A DNA stretch of 64,000 nt from a bacterium (lineage in GTDB: Bacteria; UBA8248): the NCBI GenBank assembly GCA_965199855.1, contig OZ241326.1, forward strand, positions 2,211,908 through 2,275,907, written 5' to 3'. Positions 60,963 to 64,000 of the stretch are shown piece by piece. The translations under genes and the position numbers were made by a program. Under the pieces are notes generated by a model. That model was given only the letters and a program-made list of their open reading frames with translations. It was not told the origin of the DNA and searched no databases. Position 1 is the stretch's first letter; the number at the start of each line of letters is the position of its first letter.

Positions 60963-61422
60963 CCGAATAGGGCATTCTATCGAATCTCTTCAGTTCGACG
61001 TTGATCTTATCAATACGGAGGCAGTCTCCGCGCGATCTGACCATAAACTGATACTGATTTTCTCCTCCTAGTGGAGCTCGAGAAAATTCGTTTCTCGCAT
61101 TTACGAATGGAGCCAAACGTCCGCAGAACGCCTCAAGACTCCGCGTTTTAAGCTGGGCGATGACGAGCCTTCCCTCAATACGCGCTTGTTCTTCATCTTT
61201 CATCATCTCTTCTGGTATGCCGTGCCAATCCTTCTTTCCACCCAGAACCCACCAGTTTCGGCCTGATTCATCTTGCAACCACTTTTGGCGTTTCCCTACT
61301 GGCGTCAGGGTGACGTCGAATTTTGCGTGAATAGCATCTATGACGGGCCGCCTATCAAAATTGTTGAATTTTTCCGATGACTTCTTCATGCTTTCCTCTC
61401 CCAAGCGGCTTGAAAGCTCCAT
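60949..61422 (-). CDS. hypothetical protein (157 aa), AT-rich islet
   Basis: AGGAGGA SD lies 7 nt before ATG 61422, two nt after the stop of the upstream gene. Lys/Glu-rich with a WWVLGGKKDWHGIPEEMM segment. No recognisable family. Confidence 0.6.
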   Translation of the reverse strand: MELSSRLGEESMKKSSEKFNNFDRRPVIDAIHAKFDVTLTPVGKRQKWLQDESGRNWWVLGGKKDWHGIPEEMMKDEEQARIEGRLVIAQLKTRSLEAFCGRLAPFVNARNEFSRAPLGGENQYQFMVRSRGDCLRIDKINVELKRFDRMPYSDEKG

Positions 61423-61424
61423 CG

Positions 61425-61955
61425 CTAGTCCTCCTGTCTCTCTTCGTCCTCCTCTCCGGATTGATTGAGGGTCGCCGCGTCCAGCCCCGCTCCCAGGTTG
61501 TCGGCCAGCTCACCCCAGCCGTCCATAAAATCTCTTGCATCGTTGAACACGACGAAGGCAGCGCCGCCAGCCTCATAGAGCTGAGGAGCCGCCGCGAGTA
61601 GAGCGGCATCATCAAGGCTGGATATGTTGTCCGCCACAATCCGACCGACTGGCCCTTGAGTGTCGCAGACGGAATAGCTGGCCCCATTTTTGACGGGGAT
61701 CCAGCTCCGGGGCGGCCGTATGGATCGGCTCAACAGGACGCCGAACGCGAGCTTGGCCAGCACCGGAATCTTCTTGCCCGGCTTGAACCAACCGTTTATA
61801 GTGGTTTCGGGCACATCCAGAACCGCGCTGAGATTGCGTTGCCAGCCGCGTCGCCCGTATCTCCGCTCGAAAGCGGACCTGAGATCCATATCTTTCACAT
61901 AGTTGGTCAGCCCTTCCCGGAAATCAGCGTCGGCGATCATTCTCAAGTTGCCCAT
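61425..61955 (-). CDS. hypothetical protein (176 aa) with probable N-terminal HTH and acidic tail, AT-rich islet
   Basis: WQRNLSAVLDVPETTINGWFKPGKKIP looks like a Cro/C1-type HTH. The C-terminal DDAALLAAAPQLYEA resembles the AAAPELLEA motif common in small phage proteins. The tail reads EEDEERQED. An AT-rich upstream region contains TTGACA (62029-62024, minus strand). Confidence 0.6.
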   Translation of the reverse strand: MGNLRMIADADFREGLTNYVKDMDLRSAFERRYGRRGWQRNLSAVLDVPETTINGWFKPGKKIPVLAKLAFGVLLSRSIRPPRSWIPVKNGASYSVCDTQGPVGRIVADNISSLDDAALLAAAPQLYEAGGAAFVVFNDARDFMDGWGELADNLGAGLDAATLNQSGEEDEERQED

Positions 61956-62101
61956 TCCATCAATCTCCCGCGTAAAATTACGAATCTCATTCTAAAAACT
62001 CTTGTAATACACGAAATTAAGTTTGTCAAGAATTAAAATAACATTTATTTAAGGAATTTCGGGTTTCAAGGGATTCCCCGGAATGAAATCAAAGATTTCC
62101 C

Positions 62102-63007
62102 CTACGCGCTCGCCCAGGCGATCATGATCGTGGCGAAGAACAGCAGGGCCGCCCCCGCCCACTTCTGCCAGGTCAGCCGCTCCTCCTCCCCCAGCCAGAC
62201 GCGCGCCAACGCGAGCGAGAACAGCGGCGCCGTATAGCTCAGGGGCATGACGACGAACACCTCCCCATACTGAAACGCCGAGAAGAACGCCAGATAGGCC
62301 GCGGCGTTGACGGCGCCCGCGACGAGGAGCCACCTCAGCCCGGCCGCGTCCATCCGGAAGCGCTCGGCGGCGGGCAGGGCGGGAGCGAGCAGCAGGAGCG
62401 TGGGCAACGAGACGGCGTTGGCGATGGTCGCGCCGATGAGGGGGTCGCCGTAGAGGAGCAGCCCGTAGCGCCGCAGGGTGGAGGCGAGCGCCATGACGAG
62501 GGCGTGAAGCAGGGGGAAGATCATGTGCGCGCGCCGCCAGTCGGCGTCTCCTTCCGGCTTCATGGTCAGGAACGCGCAGCCCGCCATCACGAAAAAAATG
62601 GCGATCCACGCCGCCGCGCCCGGCTCCTCTCCGAGCCACGCGATGGCCGCCAGGGTCGAGAGAAACGGGGTAATCGTCACCAGGGGCATGGTGCGGCCGA
62701 CGCCTATCGTCCTGAAGCCCAGAAAGAGGAGGAAGCGGCTGAACCCGGGCGCCAGGACGCCGCCGACGACGAACCAGAGCGCCGCCCGGGGCGAGAGCGC
62801 CCCCCAGTCCGAGAAGGCGAGAGAGAGGCCCCCCAGAAGCGGAATCCCCAGCCCCAGGCCGATGAGGGCGCCCACGTAGGGCGAGGTTCCCCCCAGCCCC
62901 TTGCGCGCGACGACGCTGAAGACGGCGAACAGAACCGAGGACGCCAGGCTCAGGCCCACGGCGAGATAATGCTCCAAGGCGTCCCCCTGCGGCGCGCGGG
63001 CGTCCAA
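62102..63007 (-). CDS. DMT-superfamily (EamA-type) transporter
   Basis: 301 aa with about ten hydrophobic helices in two similar halves. Confidence 0.85.
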   Translation of the reverse strand: MDARAPQGDALEHYLAVGLSLASSVLFAVFSVVARKGLGGTSPYVGALIGLGLGIPLLGGLSLAFSDWGALSPRAALWFVVGGVLAPGFSRFLLFLGFRTIGVGRTMPLVTITPFLSTLAAIAWLGEEPGAAAWIAIFFVMAGCAFLTMKPEGDADWRRAHMIFPLLHALVMALASTLRRYGLLLYGDPLIGATIANAVSLPTLLLLAPALPAAERFRMDAAGLRWLLVAGAVNAAAYLAFFSAFQYGEVFVVMPLSYTAPLFSLALARVWLGEEERLTWQKWAGAALLFFATIMIAWASA

Positions 63008-63090
63008 AAAAGCCGGGGCGGAAGGCTCGCCCCTCCGCCCCGGCGCGTCAAACGCTCAGGCTTCCGCCCGATTCGGCGATTCCCGCTCCC

Positions 63091-64000
63091 CTAGTAATAC
63101 GCCTGCCCGGGCGCCACCGGCGGCGTCCACTCGCAATCGCCGAAGGGCCCGTCCCCGTTCTCCTTCACGTAGGCGACGCGCGCGTCGCTCACGCTCTCAT
63201 CCATCAGGGCGCGGCGGAGCCAGTCCAGGATGTACTGGTGATTGTCCATGCCGCCCAGGTTCGTGAGGCTCACCAGGGGATGAAACTGGTTCTCGAACAC
63301 CCACAGCTCTTTCCTGCAGGTGAGGTCCTCATACACCTCGATGGCGTCCTCGAGCGGGCAAAGCGGGTCGAACTCGCCCGTCACCAGCAGGGTGGGGCAC
63401 TGTATCTTGTCCATGTAGCCCTTGACGGTCATCGCGCGCGCCATCTCGTCGAACTCGTCCTCATCCTTCATGCCCGCCATGTACATGAAAATCTGCTTGA
63501 AGCGCGGCGAGGACTGCGTGAAGATGGTGTTGTTGGGGTTGAAGCAGGCCACCGCGCTCGCCACCGCCGCCGCCCGGTGGTCGTAGCTCGCCAGACGAAG
63601 CGACCAGAAGCTGCCCATGCTGATGCCGTAGATGCCGATTTTCGTCGGCTCGACTTCCTCGCGGCCCAGCAGGTGGTCGATCACCGCGGCGCCGGCGCGC
63701 TCGTAGTTGTCCCCGACGGCGCGTATCTTCTGCATGTTGGAGTTGCCCTGCCCCGGGCCGTCCATCGCCAGCACGTGAAAGCCCCGCTCGGCGGCGACGT
63801 TGCGCCTCGCGTGGGGAAACACCTCTTTCGTCTGGTCCATGCCCGGCACGTAGATCACGCAGGGCGCCTTTCGGCGATCCGGCAGAAGGTGCAGGAGGCA
63901 CGAGATGGTCTTGCCGTCGTCGAAGGGAACCTCGACGCGCTCGATGGGGTAGGCGGCCGTCTCGGATCGCCTGTCCACCATCTCCCCGAGCTTGTTGTTG
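63091..64000 (-). CDS. alpha/beta hydrolase (dienelactone-hydrolase / prolyl-oligopeptidase-like); 5' end probably beyond the window
   Basis: ORF 63091..63981. The frame stays open to the window edge (…NNKLGEM…). Nucleophile elbow GISMGS, later TGEFDPLCP (Asp) and QFHPL (His). Confidence 0.75.
   Translation of the reverse strand, partial: NNKLGEMVDRRSETAAYPIERVEVPFDDGKTISCLLHLLPDRRKAPCVIYVPGMDQTKEVFPHARRNVAAERGFHVLAMDGPGQGNSNMQKIRAVGDNYERAGAAVIDHLLGREEVEPTKIGIYGISMGSFWSLRLASYDHRAAAVASAVACFNPNNTIFTQSSPRFKQIFMYMAGMKDEDEFDEMARAMTVKGYMDKIQCPTLLVTGEFDPLCPLEDAIEVYEDLTCRKELWVFENQFHPLVSLTNLGGMDNHQYILDWLRRALMDESVSDARVAYVKENGDGPFGDCEWTPPVAPGQAYY

Overview
This is a 64-kb, high-GC bacterial chromosomal window, densely coding on both strands with about 60 CDS. 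I recognised no rRNA, tRNA, CRISPR array, transposase or integrase. All calls come from reading the sequence and the translations; no database search was possible. The ORF track extends to the longest ATG/GTG/TTG ORF, so many entries are over-extended or are antisense shadow ORFs. I re-derived starts where motifs, SD sequences or stop/start overlaps allowed.

Core content:
- TCA genes: a class I fumarase fragment, mdh and icd.
- rsmA, a GT9 glycosyltransferase, lepA-lepB and a DegP-type protease.
- tal, gdh, an ABC-2 exporter, an AlkA-like glycosylase and dgt.
- A pyrR-pyrB-pyrC-carA-carB operon with a recognisable PyrR attenuator.
- Two SurA/PrsA-like PPIases, mfd, a rodZ-like gene and DAHP synthase.
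- Tandem acyl-CoA dehydrogenases and tandem quinone oxidoreductases.
- pdxA, a split TPP decarboxylase, cca and a second pyrR.

Most interesting observations:
1. A selenium block at 43.1-51.0 kb. It starts with a UGSC-type selenoprotein whose in-frame UGA (43416) is followed by a SECIS-like hairpin, so the ORF track splits it in two. An unassigned 363-aa partner follows. Then comes a tightly coupled ridA-yqeB-(CobS-like AAA+)-(CobT-like VWA)-yqeC-xdhC operon. This looks like a selenium-dependent molybdenum-cofactor maturation machine, but no hydroxylase client lies in the window, and the chelatase-like ATPase/VWA pair inside it is unexpected.
2. Near-perfect 722-bp inverted repeats (13114-13835 and 20005-20726) bracket a 6.2-kb, seven-gene cassette. 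Each copy carries a perfect parS palindrome (TGTTCCACGTGGAACA) and a swarm of GC-rich REP-like hairpins.
3. Three small AT-richer islets. One is a type I-like M+S restriction-modification remnant with no hsdR and a disturbed hsdS 5' end. One is a gene interrupted by a single in-frame TGA. One is a compact three-ORF module of unknown function with a phage-like flavour.
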